A DNA stretch of 64,000 nt from Takakia lepidozioides (taxonomy: Eukaryota > Plantae > Bryophyta). The stretch is taken from contig CM060732.1 of NCBI GenBank assembly GCA_030704615.1, positions 41,912,001 to 41,976,000 of the forward strand, read 5' to 3'. Positions within the stretch are counted from its first letter, which is position 1; each line of letters starts with the position of its first letter. The notes under the pieces were generated by a model. The model was not told the DNA's origin, did not search any database, and saw only the letters and a program-made list of their open reading frames with translations. Both the position numbers and the translations under genes were made by a program. Of this stretch, positions 63,046 through 64,000 are shown piece by piece.

Positions 63046-64000
63046 CTGCAAACCCAAAACACAGCCAGGAAAACACCCCTTAGAGAAGTGACAAGATGAG
63101 AGCTATATCTGTCATGAAAGTGCTAGATTAGCATTATGACACAATCGTCTGTTAGTCAATGAGGAAACATTTAACTCACACTGGTTTCCTGCAGGTATCA
63201 AGCATATCTTTGGCTCTACATAACCTGGAAAGAAGTTCAGCATGATGATAGAGGAAAGTGAGGATAGGTATATTCAATGCATATGTCTGTGTGTAGCTGG
63301 TGGTATTGGTTTGCATTCAGGAGAGGGGCACGTATTAGATTCCCTGTACTTTGTGCCTATTGCTCAATGCCCAAGTTTATTTTGAATGTATTTCTTTCCC
63401 CTATTATTTGCTCTACTGCAACCTACAAGAACCTCAAAATCCTTCCATCAAAATACAAAAGCCTCTCTAACTGGCATGCTGTAGGCAGATTGCATATGCA
63501 GCAGATCGGGCTGCATTTACAGTCCGGAGAAACAATCTTCTGATATAAAGAATACATCTGGTCACGTTTGATTGTGAATTATTGAGCAGTCGTCATGTAT
63601 TAACACCAGGTGAATGCATTTGAGGACTTTTTTGAGGCACAGTTGGGGCAGTACCAGAAGATTGCTAAAGTTCTTCAAAGTTTCTCAGGTTTAATTGCCA
63701 GTGAAGGGCCACACATGGCCCATATTACGAACTTGGCTAGGATGAGCTACAATGATAGACTTGCCTTTGCTCCAGTGTTATGAGCAACTGAGCGAAAATT
63801 TCTGCAAAAGTACTTAGTTTGAGATTTGGATTCTCTACATTGTTAAAGAATCAAATACAGCATCCAAGTGTCAAAGGACTATATTGTCCAGCTAAGGCCC
63901 CCAGATCTTCCTAATGGTCTCTGACCTGATGTTGCTATGCTCTCATTGAGGAGGACACACTTTCATGACCAATGATCGACTGTCCATCAGACTTTGCAAC

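Overview
Eukaryotic nuclear DNA from a land plant, probably non-flowering (inferred from gene families, GT-AG introns and the TE complement). Host genes: 5' part of a probable chloroplast rhomboid-like RBL9 (-), guanylyl cyclase 1/GUCD1-like (-), a complete 10-exon DUF639 gene (+, divergent from GC1), an intronless CYP71-clan P450 (+), an intronless At5g23160-like membrane protein with a 91-aa internal duplication (+), a three-exon truncated D27-like gene (+), and the 3' end of an N-acetylglutamate synthase (-). Between them are decayed TEs: a near full-length L1-type LINE, a 5'-truncated Ty1/copia element, two hAT MITEs with exact 8-bp TSDs, a tRNA-derived SINE, an LTR with its PPT, and an RTE/RTEX-like LINE family found only in introns here. 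A GIL1/IRKI-family pseudogene becomes visible once a MITE is removed. The best novelty candidate is a TTAA-flanked piggyBac element whose transposase is preceded by, and was probably fused to, a domain resembling the KolX/P2X7-ballast motif of Kolobok transposons. All family calls are by-eye motif recognition; no database search was run.
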